Shown here in pieces: positions 25,401 to 40,300 of a stretch of 64,000 nt of DNA (its first letter is position 1; every line of letters starts with the position of its first letter). The notes under the pieces were generated by a model. It was not told the origin of the DNA. It worked only from the letters and a program-made list of their open reading frames with translations, and did no database searches. The position numbers and the translations under genes were made by a program. The stretch spans positions 19,220,001 to 19,284,000 of the forward strand of contig OZ059898.1 in the NCBI GenBank assembly GCA_964057225.1, in the 5' to 3' direction. The stretch is from Auanema rhodensis (taxonomy: Eukaryota > Animalia > Nematoda).

Positions 25401-28400
25401 GATATCAACTGATATAAGTTCACACTTATATCCTCGATTTTCACCCTGAAGAATTAATTTTTTCGTTGAATAACATTGTCCATCGTCTTTGCCTTGAAAA
25501 AAGGAATCTAAAAACATCTACTTTTTGCTAAATTATTTTGAAATTTTTCGAAAAAATTTTTGTCAAAATGTTTTTGGAAGCAATGTTGAGTGAACATGGA
25601 AACTCAACATACACTAATGCATCATTTTTCGAACAATCATAACTAATTTTTGTATTAAGCGTTTCTCAATGTAGTATAGTGCATTTGATGCGGATTTTTA
25701 AGCTGCGTCGATCTGTGTTATCAGATTTGCGCTAGCTTAAAAATGCACCGAGATATCAACTGATATAAGTTCACACTTATATCCTCGATTTTCACCCTGA
25801 AGAATTATTTTTTTCGTTGAATAACATTGTCCATCGTCTTTGCCTTGAAAAAAGGAATCTAAAAACATCTACTTTTTGCTAAATTATTTTGAAATTTTTC
25901 GAAAAAATTTTTGTCAAAATGTTTTTGGAAGCAATGTTGAGTGAACATGGAAACTCAACATACACTAATGCATCATTTTTCGAACAATCATAACTAATTT
26001 TTGTATTAAGCGTTTCTCAATGTAGTATAGTGCATTTGATGCGGATTTTTAAGCTGCGTCGATCTGTGTTATCAGATTTGCGCTAGCTTAAAAATGCACC
26101 GAGATATCAACTGATATAAGTTCACACTTATATCCTCGATTTTCACCCTGAAGAATTAATTTTTTCGTTGAATAACATTGTCCATCGTCTTTGCCTTGAA
26201 AAAAGGAATCTAAAAACATCTACTTTTTGCTAAATTATTCTGAAATTTTTCGAAAAAATTTTTGTCAAAATGTTTTTGGAAGCAATGTTTAGTGTACATG
26301 GAAACTCAACATACACTAATGCATCATTTTTCAAACGATCATAACTAATTTTTGTATTAAGCGTTTCTCAATGTAGTATAGTGCATTTGATGCGGATTTT
26401 TAAGCTGCGTCGATCTGTGTTATCAGATTTGCGCTAGCTTAAAAATGCACCGAGATATCAACTGATATAAGTTCACACTTATATCCTCGATTTTCACCCT
26501 GAAGAATTAATTTTTTCGTTGAATAACATTGTCCATCGTCTTTGCCTTGAAAAAAGGAATCTAAAAACATCTACTTTTTGCTAAATTATTTTGAAATTTT
26601 TCGAAAAAATTTTTGTCAAAATGTTTTTGGAAGCAATGTTGAGTGAACATGGAAACTCAACATACACTAATGCATCATTTTTCGAACAATCATAACTAAT
26701 TTTTGTATTAAGCGTTTCTCAATGTAGTATAGTGCATTTGATGCGGATTTTTAAGCTGCGTCGATCTGTGTTATCAGATTTGCGCTAGCTTAAAAATGCA
26801 CCGAGATATCAACTGATATAAGTTCACACTTATATCCTCGATTTTCACCCTGAAGAATTATTTTTTTCGTTGAATAACATTGTCCATCGTCTTTGCCTTG
26901 AAAAAAGGAATCTAAAAACATCTACTTTTTGCTAAATTATTTTGAAATTTTTTGAAAAAATTTTTGTCAAAATGTTTTTGGAAGCAATGTTGAGTGAACA
27001 TGGAAACTCAACATACACTAATGCATCATTTTTCGAACAATCATAACTAATTTTTGTATTAAGCGTTTCTCAATGTAGTATAGTGCATTTGATGCGGATT
27101 TGTAAGCTGCGTCGATCTGTGTTATCAGATTTGCGCTAGCTTAAAAATGCACCGAGATATCAACTGATATAAGTTCACACTTATATCCTCGATTTTCACC
27201 CTGAAGAATTAATTTTTTCGTTGAATAACATTGTCCATCGTCTTTGCCTTGAAAAAAGGAATCTAAAAACATCTACTTTTTGCTAAATTATTTTGAAATT
27301 TTTTGAAAAAATTTTTGTCAAAATGTTTTTGGAAGCAATGTTGAGTGAACATGGAAACTCAACATACACTAATGCATCATTTTTCGAACAATCATAACTA
27401 ATTTTTGTATTAAGCGTTTCTCAATGTAGTATAGTGCATTTGATGCGGATTTGTAAGCTGCGTCGATCTGTGTTATCAGATTTGCGCTAGCTTAAAAATG
27501 CACCGAGATATCAACTGATATAAGTTCACACTTATATCCTCGATTTTCACCCTGAAGAATTAATTTTTTCGTTGAATAACATTGTCCATCGTCTTTGCCT
27601 TGAAAAAAGGAATCTAAAAACATCTACTTTTTGCTAAATTATTTTGAAATTTTTCGAAAAAATTTTTGTCAAAATGTTTTTGGAAGCAATGTTGAGTGTA
27701 CATGGAAACTCAACATACACTAATGCATCATTTTTCAAACGATCATAACTAATTTTTGTATTAAGCGTTTCTCAATGTAGTATAGTGCATTTGATGCGGA
27801 TTTTTAAGCTGCGTCGATCTGTGTTATCAGATTTGCGCTAGCTTAAAAATGCACCGAGATATCAACTGATATAAGTTCACACTTATATCCTCGATTTTCA
27901 CCCTGAAGAATTAATTTTTTCGTTGAATAACATTGTCCATCGTCTTTGCCTTGAAAAAAGGAATCTAAAAACATCTACTTTTTGCTAAATTATTTTGAAA
28001 TTTTTCGAAAAAATTTTTGTCAAAATGTTTTTGGAAGCAATGTTGAGTGAACATGGAAACTCAACATACACTAATGCATCATTTTTCGAACAATCATAAC
28101 TAATTTTTGTATTAAGCGTTTCTCAATGTAGTATAGTGCATTTGATGCGGATTTTTAAGCTGCGTCGATCTGTGTTATCAGATTTGCGCTAGCTTAAAAA
28201 TGCACCGAGATATCAACTGATATAAGTTCACACTTATATCCTCGATTTTCACCCTGAAGAATTAATTTTTTCGTTGAATAACATTGTCCATCGTCTTTGC
28301 CTTGAAAAAAGGAATCTAAAAACATCTACTTTTTGCTAAATTATTTTGAAATTTTTCGAAAAAATTTTTGTCAAAATGTTTTTGGAAGCAATGTTGAGTG

Positions 28401-31400
28401 AACATGGAAACTCAACATACACTAATGCATCATTTTTCGAACAATCATAACTAATTTTTGTATTAAGCGTTTCTCAATGTAGTATAGTGCATTTGATGCG
28501 GATTTTTAAGCTGCGTCGATCTGTGTTATCAGATTTGCGCTAGCTTAAAAATGCACCGAGATATCAACTGATATAAGTTCACACTTATATCCTCGATTTT
28601 CACCCTGAAGAATTAATTTTTTCGTTGAATAACATTGTCCATCGTCTTTGCCTTGAAAAAAGGAATCTAAAAACATCTACTTTTTGCTAAATTATTTTGA
28701 AATTTTTCGAAAAAATTTTTGTCAAAATGTTTTTGGAAGCAATGTTGAGTGAACATGGAAACTCAACATACACTAATGCATCATTTTTCGAACAATCATA
28801 ACTAATTTTTGTATTAAGCGTTTCTCAATGTAGTATAGTGCATTTGATGCGGATTTTTAAGCTGCGTCGATCTGTGTTATCAGATTTGCGCTAGCTTAAA
28901 AATGCACCGAGATATCAACTGATATAAGTTCACACTTATATCCTCGATTTTCACCCTGAAGAATTAATTTTTTCGTTGAATAACATTGTCCATCGTCTTT
29001 GCCTTGAAAAAAGGAATCTAAAAACATCTACTTTTTGCTAAATTATTTTGAAATTTTTTGAAAAAATTTTTGTCAAAATGTTTTTGGAAGCAATGTTGAG
29101 TGAACATGGAAACTCAACATACACTAATGCATCATTTTTCGAACAATCATAACTAATTTTTGTATTAAGCGTTTCTCAATGTAGTATAGTGCATTTGATG
29201 CGGATTTGTAAGCTGCGTCGATCTGTGTTATCAGATTTGCGCTAGCTTAAAAATGCACCGAGATATCAACTGATATAAGTTCACACTTATATCCTCGATT
29301 TTCACCCTGAAGAATTAATTTTTTCGTTGAATAACATTGTCCATCGTCTTTGCCTTGAAAAAAGGAATCTAAAAACATCTACTTTTTGCTAAATTATTTT
29401 GAAATTTTTCGAAAAAATTTTTGTCAAAATGTTTTTGGAAGCAATGTTGAGTGTACATGGAAACTCAACATACACTAATGCATCATTTTTCAAACGATCA
29501 TAACTAATTTTTGTATTAAGCGTTTCTCAATGTAGTATAGTGCATTCGATGCGGATTTTTAAGCTGCGTCGATCTGTGTTATCAGATTTGCGCTAGCTTA
29601 AAAATGCACCGAGATATCAACTGATATAAGTTCACACTTATATCCTCGATTTTCACCCTGAAGAATTATTTTTTTCGTTGAATAACATTGTCCATCGTCT
29701 TTGCCTTGAAAGAAGGAATCTAAAAACATCTACTTTTTGCTAAATTATTTTGAAATTTTTCGAAAAAATTTTTGTCAAAATGTTTTTGGAAGCAATGTTG
29801 AGTGTACATGGAAACTCAACATACACTAATGCATCATTTTTCAAACGATCATAACTAATTTTTGTATTAAGCGTTTCTCAATGTAGTATAGTGCATTCGA
29901 TGCGGATTTTTAAGCTGCGTCGATCTGTGTTATCAGATTTGCGCTAGCTTAAAAATGCACCGAGATATCAACTGATATAAGTTCACACTTATATCCTCGA
30001 TTTTCACCCTGAAGAATTATTTTTTTCGTTGAATAACATTGTCCATCGTCTTTGCCTTGAAAAAAGGAATCTAAAAACATCTACTTTTTGCTAAATTATT
30101 TTGAAATTTTTCGAAAAAATTTTTGTCAAAATGTTTTTGGAAGCAATGTTGAGTGTACATGGAAACTCAACATACACTAATGCATCATTTTTCAAACGAT
30201 CATAACTAATTTTTGTATTAAGCATTTCTCAATGTAGTATAGTGCATTCGATGCGGATTTTTAAGCTGCGTCGATCTGTGTTATCAGATTTGCGCTAACT
30301 TAAAAATGCACCGAGATATCAACTGATATAAGTTCACACTTATATCCTCGATTTTCACCCTGAAGAATTATTTTTTTCGTTGAATAACATTGTCCATCGT
30401 CTTTGCCTTGAAAAAAGGAATCTAAAAACATCTACTTTTTGCTAAATTATTCTGAAATTTTTCGAAAAAATTTTTGTCAAAATGTTTTTGGAAGCAATGT
30501 TTAGTGTACATGGAAACTCAACATACACTAATGCATCATTTTTCAAACGATCATAACTAATTTTTGTATTAAGCGTTTCTCAATGTAGTATAGTGCATTT
30601 GATGCGGATTTTTAAGCTGCGTCGATCTGTGTTATCAGATTTGCGCTAGCTTAAAAATGCACCGAGATATCAACTGATATAAGTTCACACTTATATCCTC
30701 GATTTTCACCCTGAAGAATTAATTTTTTCGTTGAATAACATTGTCCATCGTCTTTGCCTTGAAAAAAGGAATCTAAAAACATCTACTTTTTGCTAAATTA
30801 TTTTGAAATTTTTCGAAAAAATTTTTGTCAAAATGTTTTTGGAAGCAATGTTGAGTGAACATGGAAACTCAACATACACTAATGCATCATTTTTCGAACA
30901 ATCATAACTAATTTTTGTATTAAGCGTTTCTCAATGTAGTATAGTGCATTTGATGCGGATTTTTAAGCTGCGTCGATCTGTGTTATCAGATTTGCGCTAG
31001 CTTAAAAATGCACCGAGATATCAACTGATATAAGTTCACACTTATATCCTCGATTTTCACCCTGAAGAATTATTTTTTTCGTTGAATAACATTGTCCATC
31101 GTCTTTGCCTTGAAAAAAGGAATCTAAAAACATCTACTTTTTGCTAAATTATTTTGAAATTTTTCGAAAAAATTTTTGTCAAAATGTTTTTGGAAGCAAT
31201 GTTGAGTGAACATGGAAACTCAACATACACTAATGCATCATTTTTCGAACAATCATAACTAATTTTTGTATTAAGCGTTTCTCAATGTAGTATAGTGCAT
31301 TTGATGCGGATTTTTAAGCTGCGTCGATCTGTGTTATCAGATTTGCGCTAGCTTAAAAATGCACCGAGATATCAACTGATATAAGTTCACACTTATATCC

Positions 31401-32200
31401 TCGATTTTCACCCTGAAGAATTAATTTTTTCGTTGAATAACATTGTCCATCGTCTTTGCCTTGAAAAAAGGAATCTAAAAACATCTACTTTTTGCTAAAT
31501 TATTCTGAAATTTTTCGAAAAAATTTTTGTCAAAATGTTTTTGGAAGCAATGTTTAGTGTACATGGAAACTCAACATACACTAATGCATCATTTTTCAAA
31601 CGATCATAACTAATTTTTGTATTAAGCGTTTCTCAATGTAGTATAGTGCATTTGATGCGGATTTTTAAGCTGCGTCGATCTGTGTTATCAGATTTGCGCT
31701 AGCTTAAAAATGCACCGAGATATCAACTGATATAAGTTCACACTTATATCCTCGATTTTCACCCTGAAGAATTAATTTTTTCGTTGAATAACATTGTCCA
31801 TCGTCTTTGCCTTGAAAAAAGGAATCTAAAAACATCTACTTTTTGCTAAATTATTTTGAAATTTTTCGAAAAAATTTTTGTCAAAATGTTTTTGGAAGCA
31901 ATGTTGAGTGAACATGGAAACTCAACATACACTAATGCATCATTTTTCGAACAATCATAACTAATTTTTGTATTAAGCGTTTCTCAATGTAGTATAGTGC
32001 ATTTGATGCGGATTTTTAAGCTGCGTCGATCTGTGTTATCAGATTTGCGCTAGCTTAAAAATGCACCGAGATATCAACTGATATAAGTTCACACTTATAT
32101 CCTCGATTTTCACCCTGAAGAATTATTTTTTTCGTTGAATAACATTGTCCATCGTCTTTGCCTTGAAAAAAGGAATCTAAAAACATCTACTTTTTGCTAA
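22500..32200 (+). repeat. Higher-order duplication, 15-monomer offset (~22500-26900 vs ~27770-32170); boundaries approximate
   Basis: Variants are paired 5265 bp apart (15x351): 23943/29208, 24447/29712, 24959/30224, 25033/30298, 25187/30452, 25237/30502, 26240/31505, 26290/31555. Confidence 0.92.
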
Positions 32201-34399
32201 ATTATTTCGAAATTTTTCGAAAAAATTTTTGTCAAAATGTTTTTGGAAGCAATGTTGAGTGAACATGGAAACTCAACATACACTAATGCATCATTTTTCG
32301 AACAATCATAACTAATTTTTGTATTAAGCGTTTCTCAATGTAGTATAGTGCATTTGATGCGGATTTTTAAGCTGCGTCGATCTGTGTTATCAGATTTGCG
32401 CTAGCTTAAAAATGCACCGAGATATCAACTGATATAAGTTCACACTTATATCCTCGATTTTCACCCTGAAGAATTATTTTTTTCGTTGAATAACATTGTC
32501 CATCGTCTTTGCCTTGAAAAAAGGAATCTAAAAACATCTACTTTTTGCTAAATTATTTTGAAATTTTTCGAAAAAATTTTTGTCAAAATGTTTTTGGAAG
32601 CAATGTTGAGTGTACATGGAAACTCAACATACACTAATGCATCATTTTTCAAACGATCATAACTAATTTTTGTATTAAGCGTTTCTGAATGTAGTATAGT
32701 GCATTTGATGCGGATTTTTAAGCTGCGTCGATCTGTGTTATCAGATTTGCGCTAGCTTAAAAATGCACCGAGATATCAACTGATATAAGTTCACACTTAT
32801 ATCCTCGATTTTCACCCTGAAGAATTAATTTTTTCGTTGAATAACATTGTCCATCGTCTTTGCCTTGAAAAAAGGAATCTAAAAACATCTACTTTTTGCT
32901 AAATTATTTTGAAATTTTTCGAAAAAATTTTTGTCAAAATGTTTTTGGAAGCAATGTTGAGTGTACATGGAAACTCAACATACACTAATGCATCATTTTT
33001 CAAACGATCATAACTAGTTTTTGTATTAAGCGTTTCTCAATGTAGTATAGTGCATTCGATGCGGATTTTTAAGCTGCGTCGATCTGTGTTATCAGATTTG
33101 CGCTAGCTTAAAAATGCACCGAGATATCAACTGATATAAGTTCACACTTATATCCTCGATTTTCACCCTGAAGAATTATTTTTTTCGTTGAATAACATTG
33201 TCCATCGTCTTTGCCTTGAAAAAAGGAATCTAAAAACATCTACTTTTTGCTAAATTATTCTGAAATTTTTCGAAAAAATTTTTGTCAAAATGTTTTTGGA
33301 AGCAATGTTTAGTGTACATGGAAACTCAACATACACTAATGCATCATTTTTCAAACGATCATAACTAATTTTTGTATTAAGCGTTTCTCAATGTAGTATA
33401 GTGCATTTGATGCGGATTTTTAAGCTGCGTCGATCTGTGTTATCAGATTTGCGCTAGCTTAAAAATGCACCGAGATATCAACTGATATAAGTTCACACTT
33501 ATATCCTCGATTTTCACCCTGAAGAATTAATTTTTTCGTTGAATAACATTGTCCATCGTCTTTGCCTTGAAAAAAGGAATCTAAAAACATCTACTTTTTG
33601 CTAAATTATTTTGAAATTTTTCGAAAAAATTTTTGTCAAAATGTTTTTGGAAGCAATGTTGAGTGAACATGGAAACTCAACATACACTAATGCATCATTT
33701 TTCGAACAATCATAACTAATTTTTGTATTAAGCGTTTCTCAATGTAGTATAGTGCATTTGATGCGGATTTTTAAGCTGCGTCGATCTGTGTTATCAGATT
33801 TGCGCTAGCTTAAAAATGCACCGAGATATCAACTGATATAAGTTCACACTTATATCCTCGATTTTCACCCTGAAGAATTATTTTTTTCGTTGAATAACAT
33901 TGTCCATCGTCTTTGCCTTGAAAAAAGGAATCTAAAAACATCTACTTTTTGCTAAATTATTTTGAAATTTTTCGAAAAAATTTTTGTCAAAATGTTTTTG
34001 GAAGCAATGTTGAGTGAACATGGAAACTCAACATACACTAATGCATCATTTTTCGAACAATCATAACTAATTTTTGTATTAAGCGTTTCTCAATGTAGTA
34101 TAGTGCATTTGATGCGGATTTTTAAGCTGCGTCGATCTGTGTTATCAGATTTGCGCTAGCTTAAAAATGCACCGAGATATCAACTGATATAAGTTCACAC
34201 TTATATCCTCGATTTTCACCCTGAAGAATTATTTTTTTCGTTGAATAACATTGTCCATCGTCTTTGCCTTGAAAAAAGGAATCTAAAAACATCTACTTTT
34301 TGCTAAATTATTTTGAAATTTTTCGAAAAAATTTTTGTCAAAATGTTTTTGGAAGCAATGTTGAGTGTACATGGAAACTCAACATACACTAATGCATCA

Positions 34400-37300
34400 T
34401 TTTTCAAACGATCATAACTAATTTTTGTATTAAGCGTTTCTCAATGTAGTATAGTGCATTTGATGCGGATTTTTAAGCTGCGTCGATCTGTGTTATCAGA
34501 TTTGCGCTAGCTTAAAAATGCACCGAGATATCAACTGATATAAGTTCACACTTATATCCTCGATTTTCACTCTGAAGAATTAATTTTTTCGTTGAATAAC
34601 ATTGTCCATCGTCTTTGCCTTGAAAAAAGGAATCTAAAAACATCTACTTTTTGCTAAATTATTTTGAAATTTTTCGAAAAAATTTTTGTCAAAATGTTTT
34701 TGGAAGCAATGTTGAGTGTACATGGAAACTCAACATACACTAATGCATCATTTTTCAAACGATCATAACTAGTTTTTGTATTAAGCGTTTCTCAATGTAG
34801 TATAGTGCATTCGATGCGGATTTTTAAGCTGCGTCGATCTGTGTTATCAGATTTGCGCTAGCTTAAAAATGCACCGAGATATCAACTGATATAAGTTCAC
34901 ACTTATATCCTCGATTTTCACCCTGAAGAATTATTTTTTTCGTTGAATAACATTGTCCATCGTCTTTGCCTTGAAAAAAGGAATCTAAAAACATCTACTT
35001 TTTGCTAAATTATTTTGAAATTTTTCGAAAAAATTTTTGTCAAAATGTTTTTGGAAGCAATGTTGAGTGAACATGGAAACTCAACATACACTAATGCATC
35101 ATTTTTCGAACAATCATAACTAATTTTTGTATTAAGCGTTTCTCAATGTAGTATAGTGCATTTAATGCGGATTTTTAAGCTGCGTCGATCTGTGTTATCA
35201 GATTTGCGCTAGCTTAAAAATGCACCGAGATATCAACTGATATAAGTTCACACTTATATCCTCGATTTTCACCCTGAAGAATTAATTTTTTCGTTGAATA
35301 ACATTGTCCATCGTCTTTGCCTTGAAAAAAGGAATCTAAAAACATCTACTTTTTGCTAAATTATTTTGAAATTTTTCGAAAAAATTTTTGTCAAAATGTT
35401 TTTGGAAGCAATGTTGAGTGTACATGGAAACTCAACATACACTAATGCATCATTTTTCAAACGATCATAACTAATTTTTGTATTAAGCGTTTTTCAATGT
35501 AGTATAGTGCATTCGATGCGGATTTTTCAGCTGCGTCGATCTGTGTTATCAGATTTGCGCTAGCTTAAAAATGCACCGAGATATCAACTGATATAAGTTC
35601 ACACATATATCCTCGATTTTCACCCTGAAGAATTATTTTTTTCGTTGAATAACATTGTCCATCGTCTTTGCCTTGAAAAAAGGAATCTAAAAACATCTAC
35701 TTTTTGCTAAATTATTTTGAAATTTTTCGAAAAAATTTTTGTCAAAATGTTTTTGGAAGCAATGTTGAGTGTACATGGAAACTCAACATACACTAATGCA
35801 TCATTTTTCAAACGATCATAACTAATTTTTGTATTAAGCATTTCTCAATGTAGTATAGTGCATTCGATGCGGATTTTTAAGCTGCGTCGATCTGTGTTAT
35901 CAGATTTGCGCTAGCTTAAAAATGCACCGAGATATCAACTGATATAAGTTCACACTTATATCCTCGATTTTCACCCTGAAGAATTATTTTTTTCGTTGAA
36001 TAACATTGTCCATCGTCTTTGCCTTGAAAAAAGGAATCTAAAAACATCTACTTTTTGCTAAATTATTTTGAAATTTTTCGAAAAAATTTTTGTCAAAATG
36101 TTTTTGGAAGCAATGTTGAGTGAACATGGAAACTCAACATACACTAATGCATCATTTTTCGAACAATCATAACTAATTTTTGTATTAAGCGTTTCTCAAT
36201 GTAGTATAGTGCATTTGATGCGGATTTTTAAGCTGCGTCGATCTGTGTTATCAGATTTGCGCTAGCTTAAAAATGCACCGAGATATCAACTGATATAAGT
36301 TCACACTTATATCCTCGATTTTCACCCTGAAGAATTAATTTTTTCGTTGAATAACATTGTCCATCGTCTTTGCCTTGAAAAAAGGAATCTAAAAACATCT
36401 ACTTTTTGCTAAATTATTCTGAAATTTTTCGAAAAAATTTTTGTCAAAATGTTTTTGGAAGCAATGTTGAGTGTACATGGAAACTCAACATACACTAATG
36501 CATCATTTTTCAAACGATCATAACTAATTTTTGTATTAAGCGTTTCTCAATGTAGTATAGTGCATTTGATGCGGATTTTTAAGCTGCGTCGATCTGTGTT
36601 ATCAGATTTGCGCTAGCTTAAAAATGCACCGAGATATCAACTGATATAAGTTCACACTTATATCCTCGATTTTCACCCTGAAGAATTAATTTTTTCGTTG
36701 AATAACATTGTCCATCGTCTTTGCCTTGAAAAAAGGAATCTAAAAACATCTACTTTTTGCTAAATTATTTTGAAATTTTTCGAAAAAATTTTTGTCAAAA
36801 TGTTTTTGGAAGCAATGTTGAGTGAACATGGAAACTCAACATACACTAATGCATCATTTTTCGAACAATCATAACTAATTTTTGTATTAAGCGTTTCTCA
36901 ATGTAGTATAGTGCATTTGATGCGGATTTTTAAGCTGCGTCGATCTGTGTTATCAGATTTGCGCTAGCTTAAAAATGCACCGAGATATCAACTGATATAA
37001 GTTCACACTTATATCCTCGATTTTCACCCTGAAGAATTATTTTTTTCGTTGAATAACATTGTCCATCGTCTTTGCCTTGAAAAAAGGAATCTAAAAACAT
37101 CTACTTTTTGCTAAATTATTTTGAAATTTTTCGAAAAAATTTTTGTCAAAATGTTTTTGGAAGCAATGTTGAGTGAACATGGAAACTCAACATACACTAA
37201 TGCATCATTTTTCGAACAATCATAACTAATTTTTGTATTAAGCGTTTCTCAATGTAGTATAGTGCATTTGATGCGGATTTTTAAGCTGCGTCGATCTGTG

Positions 37301-40300
37301 TTATCAGATTTGCGCTAGCTTAAAAATGCACCGAGATATCAACTGATATAAGTTCACACTTATATCCTCGATTTTCACCCTGAAGAATTATTTTTTTCGT
37401 TGAATAACATTGTCCATCGTCTTTGCCTTGAAAAAAGGAATCTAAAAACATCTACTTTTTGCTAAATTATTTTGAAATTTTTCGAAAAAATTTTTGTCAA
37501 AATGTTTTTGGAAGCAATGTTGAGTGTACATGGAAACTCAACATACACTAATGCATCATTTTTCAAACGATCATAACTAATTTTTGTATTAAGCGTTTCT
37601 CAATGTAGTATAGTGCATTTGATGCGGATTTTTAAGCTGCGTCGATCTGTGTTATCAGATTTGCGCTAGCTTAAAAATGCACCGAGATATCAACTGATAT
37701 AAGTTCACACTTATATCCTCGATTTTCACCCTGAAGAATTATTTTTTTCGTTGAATAACATTGTCCATCGTCTTTGCCTTGAAAAAAGGAATCTAAAAAC
37801 ATCTACTTTTTGCTAAATTATTTTGAAATTTTTCGAAAAAATTTTTGTCAAAATGTTTTTGGAAGCAATGTTGAGTGTACATGGAAACTCAACATACACT
37901 AATGCATCATTTTTCAAACGATCATAACTAATTTTTGTATTAAGCGTTTCTCAATGTAGTATAGTGCATTTGATGCGGATTTTTAAGCTGCGTCGATCTG
38001 TGTTATCAGATTTGCGCTAGCTTAAAAATGCACCGAGATATCAACTGATATAAGTTCACACTTATATCCTCGATTTTCACCCTGAAGAATTAATTTTTTC
38101 GTTGAATAACATTGTCCATCGTCTTTGCCTTGAAAAAAGGAATCTAAAAACATCTACTTTTTGCTAAATTATTTTGAAATTTTTCGAAAAAATTTTTGTC
38201 AAAATGTTTTTGGAAGCAATGTTGAGTGTACATGGAAACTCAACATACACTAATGCATCATTTTTCAAACGATCATAACTAGTTTTTGTATTAAGCGTTT
38301 CTCAATGTAGTATAGTGCATTCGATGCGGATTTTTAAGCTGCGTCGATCTGTGTTATCAGATTTGCGCTAGCTTAAAAATGCACCGAGATATCAACTGAT
38401 ATAAGTTCACACTTATATCCTCGATTTTCACCCTGAAGAATTATTTTTTTCGTTGAATAACATTGTCCATCGTCTTTGCCTTGAAAAAAGGAATCTAAAA
38501 ACATCTACTTTTTGCTAAATTATTTTGAAATTTTTCGAAAAAATTTTTGTCAAAATGTTTTTGGAAGCAATGTTGAGTGTACATGGAAACTCAACATACA
38601 CTAATGCATCATTTTTCAAACGATCATAACTAATTTTTGTATTAAGCGTTTCTCAATGTAGTATAGTGCATTTGATGCGGATTTTTAAGCTGCGTCGATC
38701 TGTGTTATCAGATTTGCGCTAGCTTAAAAATGCACCGAGATATCAACTGATATAAGTTCACACTTATATCCTCGATTTTCACCCTGAAGAATTAATTTTT
38801 TCGTTGAATAACATTGTCCATCGTCTTTGCCTTGAAAAAAGGAATCTAAAAACATCTACTTTTTGCTAAATTATTTTGAAATTTTTCGAAAAAATTTTTG
38901 TCAAAATGTTTTTGGAAGCAATGTTGAGTGTACATGGAAACTCAACATACACTAATGCATCATTTTTCAAACGATCATAACTAGTTTTTGTATTAAGCGT
39001 TTCTCAATGTAGTATAGTGCATTCGATGCGGATTTTTAAGCTGCGTCGATCTGTGTTATCAGATTTGCGCTAGCTTAAAAATGCACCGAGATATCAACTG
39101 ATATAAGTTCACACTTATATCCTCGATTTTCACCCTGAAGAATTATTTTTTTCGTTGAATAACATTGTCCATCGTCTTTGCCTTGAAAAAAGGAATCTAA
39201 AAACATCTACTTTTTGCTAAATTATTTTGAAATTTTTCGAAAAAATTTTTGTCAAAATGTTTTTGGAAGCAATGTTGAGTGAACATGGAAACTCAACATA
39301 CACTAATGCATCATTTTTCGAACAATCATAACTAATTTTTGTATTAAGCGTTTCTCAATGTAGTATAGTGCATTTAATGCGGATTTTTAAGCTGCGTCGA
39401 TCTGTGTTATCAGATTTGCGCTAGCTTAAAAATGCACCGAGATATCAACTGATATAAGTTCACACTTATATCCTCGATTTTCACCCTGAAGAATTAATTT
39501 TTTCGTTGAATAACATTGTCCATCGTCTTTGCCTTGAAAAAAGGAATCTAAAAACATCTACTTTTTGCTAAATTATTTTGAAATTTTTCGAAAAAATTTT
39601 TGTCAAAATGTTTTTGGAAGCAATGTTGAGTGTACATGGAAACTCAACATACACTAATGCATCATTTTTCAAACGATCATAACTAATTTTTGTATTAAGC
39701 GTTTTTCAATGTAGTATAGTGCATTCGATGCGGATTTTTCAGCTGCGTCGATCTGTGTTATCAGATTTGCGCTAGCTTAAAAATGCACCGAGATATCAAC
39801 TGATATAAGTTCACACTTATATCCTCGATTTTCACCCTGAAGAATTATTTTTTTCGTTGAATAACATTGTCCATCGTCTTTGCCTTGAAAAAAGGAATCT
39901 AAAAACATCTACTTTTTGCTAAATTATTTTGAAATTTTTCGAAAAAATTTTTGTCAAAATGTTTTTGGAAGCAATGTTGAGTGTACATGGAAACTCAACA
40001 TACACTAATGCATCATTTTTCAAACGATCATAACTAATTTTTGTATTAAGCATTTCTCAATGTAGTATAGTGCATTCGATGCGGATTTTTAAGCTGCGTC
40101 GATCTGTGTTATCAGATTTGCGCTAGCTTAAAAATGCACCGAGATATCAACTGATATAAGTTCACACTTATATCCTCGATTTTCACCCTGAAGAATTATT
40201 TTTTTCGTTGAATAACATTGTCCATCGTCTTTGCCTTGAAAAAAGGAATCTAAAAACATCTACTTTTTGCTAAATTATTTTGAAATTTTTCGAAAAAATT

